A DNA stretch of 64,000 bases. Origin: Octopus vulgaris (lineage: Eukaryota). The position numbers were made by a program, and so were the translations under genes. Of the stretch, positions 1 to 12,885 are shown piece after piece. The stretch lies in NCBI GenBank assembly GCA_951406725.2, contig OX597815.1, forward strand, positions 128,712,001-128,776,000, written 5' to 3'. How positions within the stretch are numbered: the stretch's first letter is position 1; every line of letters starts with the position of its first letter. Under the pieces are notes generated by a model, which had not been told where the DNA came from, did no database searches, and saw only the letters and a program-made list of their open reading frames with translations.

Positions 1-149
1 ATTTTTCACACCAGAGTAATAGATTTGATGCTCAAATTTTCTAAAGCTTTTTGTTTGCAAAATAAACCAATCACTTTTTACAAGTAAATAATGGTAAAAT
101 ATAATTATTTTCCTGTTTGTTAATTGCATACAACAGCCACAATAAAAAT

Positions 150-840
150 AATTGTTTCTAATTTGGGCACAAGAGCAGTAGTTTGAGGGAAGGGGTGTAG
201 TTCATTAAATTGACCCTGATACATGACTGGTACTTTATTTCATCAACCTTGAAACAATAAATAGCAAAATTGACTTCGGTGTGATTTGAACACAGAACGC
301 AATGTCAAAACAAAGGCCAAAAAGCATTTTTAGCGATACTTTTACAATTCTACCCATCCATTGCTCTGACGATGAAAGTAATAATAGTTTCAAATTTTAG
401 CAGAAGGTCAGCTATTTTGGGGGAGGAGATAAGTCGATCACATTGACCCCGGTGCTCAATTGGTATTCATTTTACTGACCCCAAAAAGATGAAAGGCAAA
501 GTCAACCTTGGAAGAATTTGAACTGAGAGCAAAAGCAGATGAAAAGCTGCTAAGCACATTACCTGGTATGCTAATGATTCTACCAGGTCATTGTTTTAAT
601 AATAATAATAATAATAATAGCAGCAATAATAATTCTTTTTAACTTTAGTCACAAGGCCAGCACTGTTAGTAGGAGAGGATTAATCAATTATATCAAACCC
701 CAGTATTTAACTGGTACTCTATTTTATTTATTCTGAAAGGCTGAAAAGGTTAAGTTGGCCTTGGCAGAATTTGAACTCAGAACTTATAAGCAAAAACACT
801 GCTAACCATTTCTTCTGATGCTGTAATATTTCTGCCAAAA
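150..840 (-). mobile_element. Three head-to-tail copies of a tRNA-derived SINE (family A)
   Basis: Three copies of ggcacaaggcc...ctggtact...gatgaaaggcaaagtc...atttgaactcagaa, the reverse complement of the family-A copy at 16594. Separated by (AAT)n. Confidence 0.85.
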
Positions 841-1539
841 AAATTCAAGAGGAAGAAAGATACACACAGTCCCTTTTAGGTTCTGTTTAACTAGGGAGTA
901 GGGATGATAACTGCTAGTACAGTTGTTCTCTTGATGTGTTCAGTAATTTGAATTGTAGCAGACTTGAGTTAGAGCAGAGTGAGGGGAATAGAAGGTAGGG
1001 ATTTCCTGCGAGGGTTGGGTAAAAAGTGTTTAAACAAAATGTTTTATTATGGTCGGGAGGGCTCTGCGGGATTAAATACCATGACGGTCACACTAACAGA
1101 TAAGGTGGGTGCACCAAGAGGGGATTTAGGTTAGCAGTCATGTAGTTTGTTGTATTGAGTAATTGCCACTATTAAACAATATGGCTGAGGGAAAATACCT
1201 CTGGGGAGCATGCTGCATACTAAATACAAATACAGTATTGACTTTGTTAGTGCAGTTTTCACCATGGTTTAGCATAGGCATCTGCAACTACAGTATGTGT
1301 GTGTAGTTGTGCATGCTGTTTGCATTCATGTGTCTGCATAAATGTCTCTGTGTATGTGTGTATTTGTCTGCAAGTATATGTGTGTCATTGAGTGTGTCTG
1401 CATACGTGTATGTGTGTCTGCATGACTGTGTACGTGCTAATGTATGCAGGAGTGTATAAATGAATCTGTATATAACTGAGAAGGGTTTATAGCATTGCAC
1501 TATTTGTATGATTATATATTTGGTATAAAGCCATGCATA

Positions 1540-1890
1540 CAAGCATGCATGATTTTGTCTGCTATTAAATTGTCTACTTGCATACTCTTGCACCCCAAAG
1601 GATGCATGTATTTCTTTGTATAAATGAATTCTTAAACTGTGTATGCACACCCATGAACTCATGCATCTTTTTGTCTGCTCTTAAATTATTGTGCACACAC
1701 ACCTGCATATATATGCATGCTGTTTGTATTAGTGTTCTTAAATTGTGTATGTATGTACACTAGTTTGCATACACAGTTATTCATCTGTTTGCTCTTAAAT
1801 TGTATTTGCGTACACATACACATACATTGTGCGTGATTTTGTCTGCATTACTTTGCACTTAAATTGTATGTGTGTATACATCCATTCTCT

Positions 1891-1926
<36 letters not shown>

Positions 1927-2365
1927 CTTGTCTTTGTTAATGTGATCCTAAGGTGTGTATGTGCATTATTTTGCTCTTAAATTGTGTGCATACACTCATG
2001 CATACATATGCATGATTTTGACTGCATTACTTCATAAATTGTATATGCATACACTGATGCATATATATTCTTGGTTTTGTCAGTCTAGTATGATCATAAA
2101 TTGTGTATCTTTTGTGCACATTTACATGCATGTTTCTGTGTTGGCATACTCTTAAATTGTATGCGCATATACTTGTGCACGCATTTTTCAGTTAGTATGC
2201 TCTTAAAAATTGTATATATACACATGTACTCTTGTGCACTTACACATTTTTTTGTCTGTGTTAGCATTCTCTTAAATTGTGGGCATGTACACTTGGGTGG
2301 ATGGTCTTTTTATTTCATGTCTGTGCTGTGGTGGTAGGCGCCTAAACTGTTTGCGCATACACATC
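1540..2365. repeat. Degenerate tandem repeat of about 55-65 bp anchored on (C)TTAAATTGT
   Basis: The anchor recurs near 1565, 1631, 1680, 1737, 1794, 1858, 1975, 2033, 2096, 2152, 2202, 2272 and 2343, with divergent TGCA/TACA-rich units between. Confidence 0.7.
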
Positions 2366-2767
2366 GTTTTTGCCTGTTTGTATTTTTTTTTTAGTAGTTA
2401 GATGAATATTATAGCTTGAACATTGTACATTTATGTGCACATAGATGTGTGTGTATGTATTCAGTTTATCAGTTACACTTTGAGTGTGCGTGTATGCATA
2501 TCTCTATTTTGTATGTATGCAAAGGTGTGTGTTTGTGGTTTAGTGAGTTTATTTGTGCATAAGTATTACTATGACTATATATACACACATAGAGTTTCTG
2601 TATATTTAGTTTTTGAATACATTGTCTGCTCTGCACATATAGTTTTTAGTGTATAGAATATATATATGCATAACACATACATACAGCTTCTGTATATATA
2701 TATATATAGTTTTTGAATACATTGTCTGCTCTGTACATGCAGTTTTTAGTGTATAGAATCTATCTAT

Positions 2768-2794
<27 letters not shown>

Positions 2795-2798
<4 letters not shown>

Positions 2799-2998
2799 GA
2801 GGTTCTGAAAAGTTCCTGGCTTTAAGGGTATCACAAAAGGCCTGGTTGGAGGCCCCACCTTCTGAGTTCTTTTACAGAGCTTAGAAAACCTGAAGGCCAA
2901 CAGCAATAAGTGTGTGAATCTGAGAGGGAAATACGTTGGATAAAATCATAATTATATTTTCTTTTACCCAAAGCCAAGAAATTTTCAGCACCCCCTTG
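2795..2998 (+). mobile_element. Mariner-derived MITE
   Basis: Imperfect TIRs (gaggttctgaaaagttcctggcttt / aaagccaagaaattttcagcaccccc). Internal aataagtgtgtgaatctgagagggaaatacgttggataa = NKCVNLRGKYVG*, resembling the mariner transposase C-terminus (KCxxxxGxYVE*). Confidence 0.75.
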
Positions 2999-3454
2999 TG
3001 TGTGTGTGTGTGTGTGTATTCTATGTTTGTATGTTTTGTATGTATACATTCTGTGTGTATACATGTGTGTGATTTTACATATATGTATGTATGTTGTATA
3101 CCCATTATTACATAAATTTCTGTGGACATGCATTAATTACTTCAGTGACACAGAAGCAAACCCTGTAAAGGAGTCACTGTGTAATTTCGTAACATGCTAG
3201 AAATAGCAACCCAGTTCACCTCAAATCACACCCCCCCATCTTAAAAGAAGGCAGGCTGGAATGCCTTTGATCTTAGAGGTCTGTTCAATCAGGACTGTCA
3301 AGTTTCTAAATGAGGATCGCACACAGATCCATGCATGCATACATTACTTAAAGTTTTTCTAGCACACCTTTTTATTGTGCATCATTCTACATACATATGT
3401 GTGTTTATATATGTTTCTATACATTTGTATACACAGTGTCTGTCTGAATGTATT

Positions 3455-4060
3455 ATGTCCTTTTTTTCCTTCACTTTCTCCCTCTTTTTCTGTATTTCTC
3501 TTAGTCTTGTTTCTGAACCTCTCTTATCTGTTGTCCCCCTCTTTCTCTCTCTCCTTTTTTTATTTTTCTATCTCTTTCTCATCCCCCTTATTGCTCTACC
3601 TCTTTCACCTTGCTTCTATTTCTCTTTCTCTTTGTCTCTCTCTTTCTTCTCCCTACCCTGTCTTTTTCTGAATATCTTTCTTTATCTTTCTCTTTGCTGC
3701 TCCTATTCCCTTTATCTGTATCTCTTGTTTTCTCACTCTTTCACCTTGTCCCTCTGTCTATCTCTTCCTCTTTGTCACTCTCTCCTCTCTTTCTTCTCTG
3801 TCTGTCTGTCTCTCCTTGTGTCTTTTACTTTTTCTTTGGCCTTCTCTCTCCTACTTTATTCTTTTTCTCCGTGTCTTTGACTCTTTCTTTTCCTAGTCTT
3901 TCTTGTGTGTCTTTCAAATGTTTAAATAAATTGCATCTTGTTCACCTCACTCCATCACCTACACCACTCTCACTACTACCTCCACCATCACCTCCATCTT
4001 AACCACCACCATTATTACTACCATCATCACAACCACCACCTACCTACCTACCTATCCAGA
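3455..4060. repeat. Polypyrimidine (TC-rich) low-complexity tract grading into (CCA)n/(CCTA)n
   Basis: About 450 nt almost entirely T/C on the + strand, followed by C/A-rich simple repeats. Confidence 0.9.
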
Positions 4061-4358
4061 CACTGTCGTCTGCCATAAAATACAGCCATAGCTATTTAAA
4101 CAGTTTTTCCTTCCTCAACAACAGACATGACATAACAGCAGTAGTCTGGCTATTTCCCCACTTTGCCCTCCATACACACACGTTCTCACTCTCTCTCTTT
4201 CTCTCTCTCCTCCCTCCTCAAACCACTATCACGCTATCATCGATGTATTTTACACTTATATAATGTTGTCATTGCAGGAAAAATTCAATAACTGGTCTTG
4301 TGATATAGTTATTGGTTATACCTTATGTTGCTTAACACTTTTTTCTTTTTGTCTGTCA

Positions 4359-4372
4359 TGACCCAATGACCT
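4359..4372 (-). promoter_or_regulatory. Candidate DR2 nuclear-receptor response element
   Basis: The + strand TGACCCAATGACCT reads AGGTCA-TT-GGGTCA on the minus strand: two perfect RGGTCA half-sites spaced by 2 nt. Confidence 0.35.
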
Positions 4373-4689
4373 CTGCTGACTTCTTTCTGTTTACTATGTC
4401 TGGTTCTAATTGCTCTTTTCGAAACTTTTTCCCCTTCATTTCTTCCTTTTCTCTTTCTTTTCTCCTTCTTGTTTTTCTCCCCCCACCTCTTTTTATGCAA
4501 TGTCATGGTTAACTGCTTTCTTTCTCTCTTTTTTTTATGATGTCTGTGTAAAACGTATGTGCCTATGTATGTATGCACAGTTATGCATACATACACTCTA
4601 TTGGTATTATATAGCTAATGTGTGCATACATATATACATAAACTGTAATATAAATGAGTATGTGGTTATGTATGTGTGTATGTACAAGC

Positions 4690-4810
4690 ACAAGGATACA
4701 TGTGTGAGTGCGCATACATACATGCACACGCGTGCGCACACACATATATATATATACATTCGTCTATATTTACACACACATACACATATATTCCTATATA
4801 TACATTCATA

Positions 4811-4841
<31 letters not shown>

Positions 4842-4890
4842 TCCTATATATACATTCATATATATACACACACACACATACATACATATA

Positions 4891-4957
<67 letters not shown>

Positions 4958-4969
4958 GTATATATATAT

Positions 4970-5020
<51 letters not shown>

Positions 5021-5060
5021 TACATATGTGCGCACACATATACGCACACACACATAATAT
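4690..5060. repeat. Compound (TA)n/(CA)n microsatellite with internal duplications
   Basis: Directly visible. It is the source of the HT/YI/CV-repeat ORFs. Confidence 0.95.
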
Positions 5061-5830
5061 TCATTCATTCATACTCCTCTATTACTTGACTCTTCTCTTG
5101 CATATATAGTCGACAGCATTTTTATTCTTTCTCCACCTACACCTTTCTCTCTCCCTCTCTTTCTTTCTACCTATCTGTCTACCCACCTATCCATCTACCT
5201 TTCTAGCTATCTATCCATCTACTCACCTACCTATCTATCTCACTGCCTGTTTTTCTCACTATACACACATGCACACACACATACACATTCATATTCATGT
5301 GCATACACATACATACCCTACATTCTCTTGCACTGTCGCATTCTATGCTCTCATTCTTTGCCTACTATATTCTCACTTCCTACTATACTCTCATTCCCTT
5401 CCTGCCACATTCTTATACTCTCCCTGCTGCACTCTGTGTTCCCATTCCACTCTACATATACTCTCGTTTTTTTCACCTAGCTGCACCCTTATAATACTCT
5501 TACCTATTTGTTCTTATACTTAGCATTGTTATATTAGCTTTTACTTAATTGGTAATATATTCAAGCTCATTTACTAATCATTGTCATCATTGTTGCCACC
5601 ACTAGTTGTAGTCATAGTTTAAAATCTTTTTAGCTATGCAAAATTAATAATGATAACAGTTCAACAACATTGTCTCCTTTTAATTTGTACTCTCACTTTT
5701 TTCACACTGAATTCCTTTGGTACTGTTACAACACTCCTTTATCACTCCCTGACTGAACTTACCTTTTCCTTCCATACTAATTCATCATCATCATCATCAT
5801 TTAGCGTCCGTTTTCCATGCTAGCATGGGT

Positions 5831-5878
<48 letters not shown>

Positions 5879-6037
5879 CATATATGAAGAAGCATGACTT
5901 CTCTATCTTTTACTATTCTCATATATATATAGATAGATACATAGAGAGAGAAATGCACCCATTTACCACTATGCTCTTATACTCTTTTTTTTTTGTATTT
6001 TTCAGTTTTATGTATCTGTATCTATCACATATATATG

Positions 6038-6080
<43 letters not shown>

Positions 6081-6262
6081 GTGTGTATGTGTGTGTATAT
6101 ATATATATCTACCTATCTGTCTACCCACCTATCCATCTACCTTTCTAGCTATCTATCCATCTACTCACCTACCTATCTATCTCACTGACTGTTTTTCTCA
6201 CTATACACGCATGCACACACACACACACACACAGAGTTAACCACTTAGCGGTAACTCTCTTA

Positions 6263-6304
<42 letters not shown>

Positions 6305-6729
6305 CATACATATGCACACATATACATACTTACTGATACACATTCATTTACCACTACACCCTTACATTCATTTTTGTATTCGCTTTACAATTTTTTATGT
6401 GTGTGTGCATGCGTGTGTATAGGTTTGCAGTACAAGCAAGAGAAAACATACCTCAGTACATGAAGTCAAGTTGTAGCTTATTTATTCAGAAGAAGCTGAT
6501 GATTCACTCTATCGCTTCTCAGTTTCTAGTTGTGTGCAGTCATTCAGACAGCAGAAAGATTAATATTTGTGTTGTCTTAATGATCACACATAATGAGAAA
6601 CTCTGAGTAACAATGAAGTAGATTATCTTCCAGTAAACATACATGATCGCAATACTCAACCAAGGCTTTCTATACACCTTTTATTCACCGTTGTTTACGA
6701 TACATATCCTCATCTTCCCCTATTAACAC

Positions 6730-6778
<49 letters not shown>

Positions 6779-8679
6779 CTCAATGTGCACCCTTTTACGA
6801 TTGTGTTCAATATGTTCTTTCACATACCATTTAACCACTTCACTCCTGACATACCATTACACACTTTCTTGCTGCTGTCAAGCCAAGGAGGAAGCCTTAA
6901 TGTGGTCACTCTCCTAGATTTAGCAGCCTAATCTCTCTTAAATAAATCACATACTACCACTTTAAAACAAAATAAAAATTGAAGCAGAAATATACTATAG
7001 ATAATATAGTCCTAGCTACACCGAAGCAAAGACAAAATGAACATATATTTGATAATAAATCTGCTCAATAAGGCTTGATCAGGGTCTAAATAACAACTAT
7101 CCTTTCCACTGTACTGGATATATACTGTTGCACACCTTTTATTAACATTGCATCCCTTTACATATTTCTCGCACCTCTCTGACATTGTTATATGCACATT
7201 GTCTTTTATATTTGTTGACGCTATTGACCATAAATTTTAGTTAAAAAACAGTTTACTTTTTAATCCATCAAAATTAAATTTAATCCATATTTAGAATTGA
7301 TTTCATTAAGCTATGATCATAGGTGAAGTAGGATAGATTCAGCCGATTTTGCTGTGTGGTTCTGAATCAATAATTCCAGAACTTGATGTTCATATTATAA
7401 CTGCTGCTAATTATCACCCTCATTAGCTGTAAACATATTATTTCATAAGAAACCCTCCCACTTTTTATGAGATCTACAAAAATTATTGTTATAAGATCAA
7501 TCTGAAAAATGTTTGCTGTTGTTATTGTTGTTGACTATCACCAGTTGAGGTATAATCAAGACATATGATAGACATTCTCATCCGTGACTATCCTGTCTTC
7601 TTTCTCTCTGACAATATGTAAGCTAGGACTAAAGAAGTTAGGATATAATTTGAGGGAGATTTTGTTGCTTTTTCTAGAAGTTTCAGTGACAGTATAGAGG
7701 CTCTTAGAGGCTCCCTGGTTGGTTTCAACATCTATTTATATGTGCTTATGTTACATCAATAATGTCCTCATTCATAACAGTTTTATTTTATTTTATTTTT
7801 TTTACTTGCTGTTGTGGGTTGGATAGGTTTGCAGTTTAACATTTTGCCCATCTTCGTGACCACTTGGTATCTTATCTGAGACCTGTGATTCTTAGATCTG
7901 ATGTCATTCCTTCTCCCTGTATCTACAACTAACTTCTAATATTGGGGCATTGTAGCTTTTCATGCAGCTGGTTGGTGTCCTCCCTGGTTCTTTCTTTGTG
8001 TGTGCTTGCGTGTTTGTGTGTTCAAGTAAAAGTTTCACAAAAATATCTAATCATATTTTGCTGATAACGTGTGTTTTTCACACTTGTAGTGCAATGAACA
8101 AGATACAAATATACCACATTTCTTGCTGTTAGATTGGTTCAATGAGTCGTGTTAATAAATGCATTTTTATTAAAAACAGATATCTGCACATGTCTCATGT
8201 GTAGATTATCAAATACTGAAATGGTTACAAAGGAACCTATTATTATAAATGAAAAATATTCAACAGCTGCAGGAAATGTCATGAAAGAATAAAAAGATTA
8301 TAGAAGAAAACTAAATTTGCTGACAACAAAGTTAAGCCAAGGAGGAGAAGGCAGCTGTTTCCACACTGGCAATTTGTCAACAGCTGAAGATTGAAGATCT
8401 TATAGAATCTGTATGAAATGCAATATATAAAATATGAACCTGGCATTAATTAGCTTCTCTTGCAGGTAATATATCTATCTGAAAGTGAATCAGCATTTTA
8501 AATTCCACTGACAGTGGTTTATTTTATGACAGTTGTTATAATGACAGTTGCTCTGAGAATCTGTCCTTTGTTGTAGTTTATAGATGAAGCTGTCATATTC
8601 TTTAAGTCTTACCATAATTTATTTTCCTCTGGATCTCCTTAACCTTTTTGTTACCATCTATCTTTGTTTCAATTAAAGT

Positions 8680-9275
8680 ACTTGTCTGGTACGTTTTTTA
8701 GAAAGGATGAAAATTGAAGTTAACCTTGGTAGGATTTGAACTTAGAATGTAAAGAGTTGGAACAAATGTTGCAGACCATTTATTTCAATGCTTTAATGAT
8801 TCTGCTAATTCACTATCCTAATAATAATAATCCTTTCTATTAAAGACACAAGGCCTGAAATTTTAGGGGAGGGGACTAGTCAATTACATTAACCCCCAGT
8901 GTTTCACTGGTACTCGGTTTATCAACCTCGAAAGGATGAAAGGCAAAGTCATCCCTGGCAGAATTTGAAGTCAAGGTGGACAAAATATTGCTAAGCATTT
9001 TGCCCAGCATGCTAATGATTTTTGCCAGTTTGCCACCTTTAATAATAATAATAATCTTTTCTACAATAGGCACAAGGCCTGAAACTTGGGGGGAAAGGCA
9101 CCAGTCAATTACATCAACCCCAGTGCTCAACTGGTACTTATTTCATCAAGCCTGAAAGAATGAAAGGCAAAAATCAACCTCAGGTGAATTTGAACTCAGA
9201 ACATAGAGATCCAGAAGAAATGCTGCTAAGTATTTTGTTGGATGCACTAATGATTCTGTCAGCTTGCCACTTTAA
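8680..9275 (-). mobile_element. Three head-to-tail family-A SINE copies
   Basis: Repeated acaaggcctgaaa...ctggtact...gatgaaaggcaaa...atttgaactcagaa...gctaagcatttt, with (AAT)n spacers. Confidence 0.85.
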
Positions 9276-11310
9276 TAATGATAATAATAAATGAGTAGTA
9301 TAGAAAATGAATTCATACAACAAATAAGAAATCAAAATCTTGATGAGGCTGGATCACTACCAGAGGGTTTTGATTTACTATAAATTTTAAATATTCAAGA
9401 AGTTAACCACAAGATACAGTTGAAACACATCTTTTCCACATAAATTTACCTAAGATCAAAGTTTCGCATTGTTCATCCTGTTTTGATCCATTCTTTCCAT
9501 ATTTTTTCCATAATACCTGACCATTTCATTTTTATCACTGACAATATTGCATATATTAACTATATTAATTCTTTTGTTATCATATTTCCTTTGAAATATG
9601 ATTTTGTTACAATGAATTTTTAAAATGATGATGAATTTAATAAAATTATTTTGTAATTATTTATCTGGAATTTTGGTATGTGAATTAACTTGAAATATTG
9701 TTGTAAAGATTTAATCTACTACATTTGATGGTATATACAAGGCGCACTTTTTTTCAAAAAGATATCTCCTGATCCTGTATGTAAAGTTGGGCCTATATTA
9801 CATGCTTTAATACCCTAAAATCATTTTTTAAAATCATTTTCCCTGGACATACACTGCTGACATTGGAATGCATCTAATTTGCCACATGTCTTTGATGCTA
9901 TCAAATACAGTCTTGGGAAAGTTGGTATCAAAAGAGTTTAAAATATACATCTTATCTTTGTCTAATTTTTGTGTAGGTACTGAAAACTGTGATATAAGTA
10001 TCACTTGGCATTGATTAAAGTTCTTTCTCTCTAATTTCATTTTCACTAGTTTTGACATGAGGAATATTAATGTCTGCCTGTGCTTGTTATATGAGAGTTA
10101 GAACATTTTCTCTCACTTATTTTCTGTATTCTAACAGAGAAAATCTTAAAATTCTTCTTCAGTGTTTGTTTTGTCAGTCATATTGGATGTGTCATTTTTG
10201 AAAAATGTATGTGTATGGGAGAAATTCTCTAATTATTGTATACTTACAGTAGTTTTTAAATTGTACACCAAGAGTTACTAACATTTAATTGTAAAATGTT
10301 TTTTATTCAGTCAGTATAAGAAATTTCTCTGACAAATAGATATTTGAATAAAAATTTATTACAGTTTTAAGAAATTTGTTTGTGGCCATGTTATTTTGGG
10401 TTCAGTTCCACTGTGCAATACCCTGGGGTATTTCTACTATAGAGGCATGTTTGGTTATGTGGTTTAGAAGTTCTCTTTGCAACCATGGGGTTTTGGGTTC
10501 AATCTCATTATATGTATCTTGGACAAATGTCTTCTGCTATAGCTCTGGACTAACCAAGGCTTTGTTAGAGAACATATTTGATAGAAACTGAAAAGAAACC
10601 CCTTGCGTGCATGCACGTGTGTGAGAGACCTTATCTTAACATGCATGCTAATTGTAAACAAAACTGTCATCTTACAAGCAGTGATGTTTGTATGTAGTTT
10701 TCCAGTCAGTGGTCCCCATTTTTGATACTCACCTTCCTGATGAAATTTATAAAAGCAAAGTAATGTCAATCTATACAAATTTATGTATGCCAATTTTTCT
10801 ACAGCATAAATTTACAGTTTACCCACTGTAGTAAAGTTAGTTTGTTAAACACTGAGTGAGCACCCTGTGTTGTGTAAGTTTATCATACCATATAAGTTTA
10901 ATACCACACCACTACGAACAACAACAACAACATGATTTTTTAATGCCTTTGGTCGACATGTTTAGCTCCAGGTTATCTCTCATTGAGCACACTTAAGATC
11001 AAAGACACTCCATTTGCAGCCATCAACTTTTAAGATGGCAAGTTGTGATCTGAGGGAAATTTGGTTACATATTTCTAATAAGTCAACCAACTTAGCTACA
11101 TATTTCTAATAAGTCAACCAGAGGTGCACCCTCATCTATATACTGTAACTTTTATTGCATGTATTTGTTTTAACATTGCCACAAATATCCACTTTCCTTC
11201 CTGATGGGGATACTGTCCAGAGAATTAAATCTGGTTCTTGAGCTGGTTGCAGTTTCACCACTTAAAAACTATCATGGCTTCACACTGTTGAAAATATCTT
11301 GTGTTCGTTT

Positions 11311-11355
<45 letters not shown>

Positions 11356-12093
11356 TGTATTAAGGCTAATTTCATCAATATTAGTCTGGGAATCCTGCAG
11401 AAGGGTACTACTCGTTCTCTCAACTCTTTGTTACCATATTTCAGATCATTTTACAACAAACTTTTATTTCATATAATTCAGTGTGGTTTCTGGCAGGATG
11501 GTATCAAGAGGGTTAACTTATTGGACAAAAAAAATGCTTGTGAATCTTGTTTTATATTTTTAGCTGCTTTTGAACTTGTAAAAACAAATAAGTTACAAGC
11601 TTCACACCCGTAATACATCTGAAGATTCCAACTTATTTTTATCAGGAATGTATTCTTGTTTACATCTATTGTTTACTAACCTTGCTCTCTGTCGGGGAGT
11701 TATATTGGGAATATGTTCTTGTTTATTAACCTTGTTCTGTGGAGTTTTAACATTTTTTAATGAAAAAGCCCTGCCCCAAAAAATTGGAATTTTTTTTCCC
11801 ACAACATATTTCATTCTTTGTCGTCACTGAATTGACTTGTGCTAAAACAGAATTCCGACATTTTCCTCAAATTCTAATGTTTCTTCTTGATAGAATGTGT
11901 AATAATCTGCCATAATTAATTACAATTAACAATCATACAAAATGACTGCAGATATTAATGAATGTTTCTTTTGTTTTTTTTCTTTTCACACACATACTCA
12001 TAGACAGAGACACATATACACACACCTTCATATACATACATACACACAAATATATTTCTATATAATTTCTCTCATCTTCTTTGGTATTTTCAG

Positions 12094-12191
12094 TATCAGA
12101 CAATTCCAAGCAATCTTATCTGAAATGTTTGGTGTGTGGAGATAAATCATCTGGAATCCATTATGGCGTGTTGGCATGTGAAGGTTGCAAG
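12094..12191 (+). CDS. Nuclear receptor exon A: first zinc finger and P-box
   Basis: tttcag|TA..., translates [32 protein letters not shown], then |gtaaga donor. The phase-0 intron after CEGCK is a common nuclear-receptor intron position. Not present in the ORF track in this frame. Confidence 0.95.
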
Positions 12192-12787
12192 GTAAGAATT
12201 TAAGAATTTTCAAACAAAAAAAAAAGAAAAGAAAGAAAGAAAGAAAGAAAAGAAAATGGCAACAAGGTAGCAACTTAGTTTCAAGTTACACATGAATTAG
12301 AGATTTTTTAGTGCTGGGCTGAAATCAGTTAAAAACTATGTACACACCTATGTGTTTGTGTGTGTGTCTGCATGCATGCACATATGCATAGTTTTATTTG
12401 ATAATAATTCTTTACTTTATGACACAGCTCTTTGAATACTTTTGTTCATTTCTTCATCATCTTCATTTAACATCCTACTTCCATGTTGGTTTGGGTTGAA
12501 CAGTTTAACAAGTTCTGACAAGTTGGACTGCATTGTATGCCAAAGTCTGCCTTGACATGATTTCTGCAGTTGGATGCCCTTCCTAAAGTCAACCACATTA
12601 CATGTTCTGGATGTTTTTGTTTTCATGGCACCAAAACTTGCCATAGTGATGTAAAGAAATGCAAGGTGTTAGTATCTTTCTCTGAGATACTGTGTAGCCA
12701 TCATTGAAATATACACAAATTTCATTTTTTTCAAGTAGACAAGAATATGATGCCATAAATTTTTCAACCCATTCTACCCACAACCAA

Positions 12788-12885
12788 CACTGCATCCTTC
12801 AAAACTTCCATGCTTCCTGAGATTCACCAACACTACACCTGATTTTCTCCCTTCCATACACATGCAAGCATGTATCTGACTCATG
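12788..12885 (+). mobile_element. CR1/L2-like LINE 3' end fragment
   Basis: cactgcatccttcaaaacttccatgcttcctgagatt...caacactacacctgattttctccc (TASFKTSML...). The same sequence occurs in reverse at about 28125-28220. Confidence 0.55.

Noticed and set aside
870-1290. GC-richer unique segment, possible exon or promoter
   Set aside because: No sustained reading frame or recognisable motif on either strand; cannot be supported from sequence alone.
1540-2365. CRISPR-like repeat/spacer appearance
   Set aside because: Eukaryotic context, an anchor of only about 10 nt and degenerate, spacers mutually similar and low-complexity, no cas genes.
1288-6354. Many 60-215 aa ORFs rich in HT/YI/CV/SL
   Set aside because: They derive from dinucleotide repeats and a polypyrimidine tract.
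8434-8470. Possible start exon ATGAACCTG...TGCAG|gtaat
   Set aside because: It ends in phase 2, whereas exon A needs phase 1; no other support.
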